Assembly (NCBI RefSeq): GCF_001194135.2
Contig: NC_068995.1
Coordinates: forward strand, 12,011,560-12,045,615
DNA: 34,056 nucleotides
Source: Octopus bimaculoides
Lineage: Eukaryota
Reading direction: 5' to 3'
Of this stretch, positions 33,561-34,056 are shown one piece after another. The translations under genes were made by a program, and so were the position numbers. The notes beneath the pieces were generated by a model. That model was not told where the DNA came from, searched no databases, and saw only the letters and a list, made by a program, of their open reading frames with translations. The stretch's first letter is position 1. Each line of letters begins with the position of its first letter.

Positions 33561-34056
33561 CATTAGTCTTCGTATGTCTCTCAGACATATCCAAGACACA
33601 GCTGAGATTCGATTTCGCCGGTTCGAACATGAACGCTGACATCGGAGATTGGTAGTGATACATTTGAGCATTGCTGTCTTCCTCTCATTTCCCGATAAAT
33701 TATATTTTGACTATGCTATGAAACACGATATTTCACAGTCTGTCTCTCTAATTATTTTTGTTTCACCATCCAGCATCACACGTAATTATCCATCTTCGTA
33801 TTCCATGATGCAGTATGCCATGGTCGATAGCATTTACTTTCAGTAGAAAATGAATCTTCTTTTCAAACCAGCTTTAATTCATTGTAAGTATATACGTGCG
33901 TGCCTTTGTGAGTGTGCCTATGTGTCTGAGTATACCTGTCCGCGCTTCTATGTGCGTTTGTGCATGTAACTCTCTGTCTCTGTCCCTCTCTCTCACTCTC
34001 TCTGTATATATGTATGTATATATATATATATGTGTATATATATATATATATATATA

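Overview
AT-rich, gapped eukaryotic genomic DNA. Nine N-runs total 4,615 bp (about 13.6%), and long (TA)n, (CA)n, (CT)n, (AGAT)n, (ACAT)n and (AAT)n microsatellites are dense throughout. The composition and repeat families point to a coleoid cephalopod, most likely Octopus; this is inferred from remembered repeat consensus sequences, not from a search. No complete protein-coding gene, tRNA, rRNA or CRISPR array is supported, and almost all ORFs in the track are artefacts of microsatellites or N-gaps. What the window does contain is a layered transposable-element record: (1) an open CR1-type LINE reverse-transcriptase fragment at the left edge; (2) two non-cognate mariner fragments; (3) a roughly 660-bp TIR-bounded Tc2/pogo-like non-autonomous element; (4) about 11 copies or fragments of one tRNA-derived SINE (SINE-A) and 6 of a second, CORE-like SINE (SINE-B); (5) about 7 fragments of an unclassified dispersed repeat (family C); (6) several weak R4/Dong-type LINE relics. 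The best second-look items are an inverted SINE-B trio that could form dsRNA, a module shared between the two SINE families, a SINE dimer and cluster, nested insertions, and one possible small host exon. I found no evidence for a new biological system.
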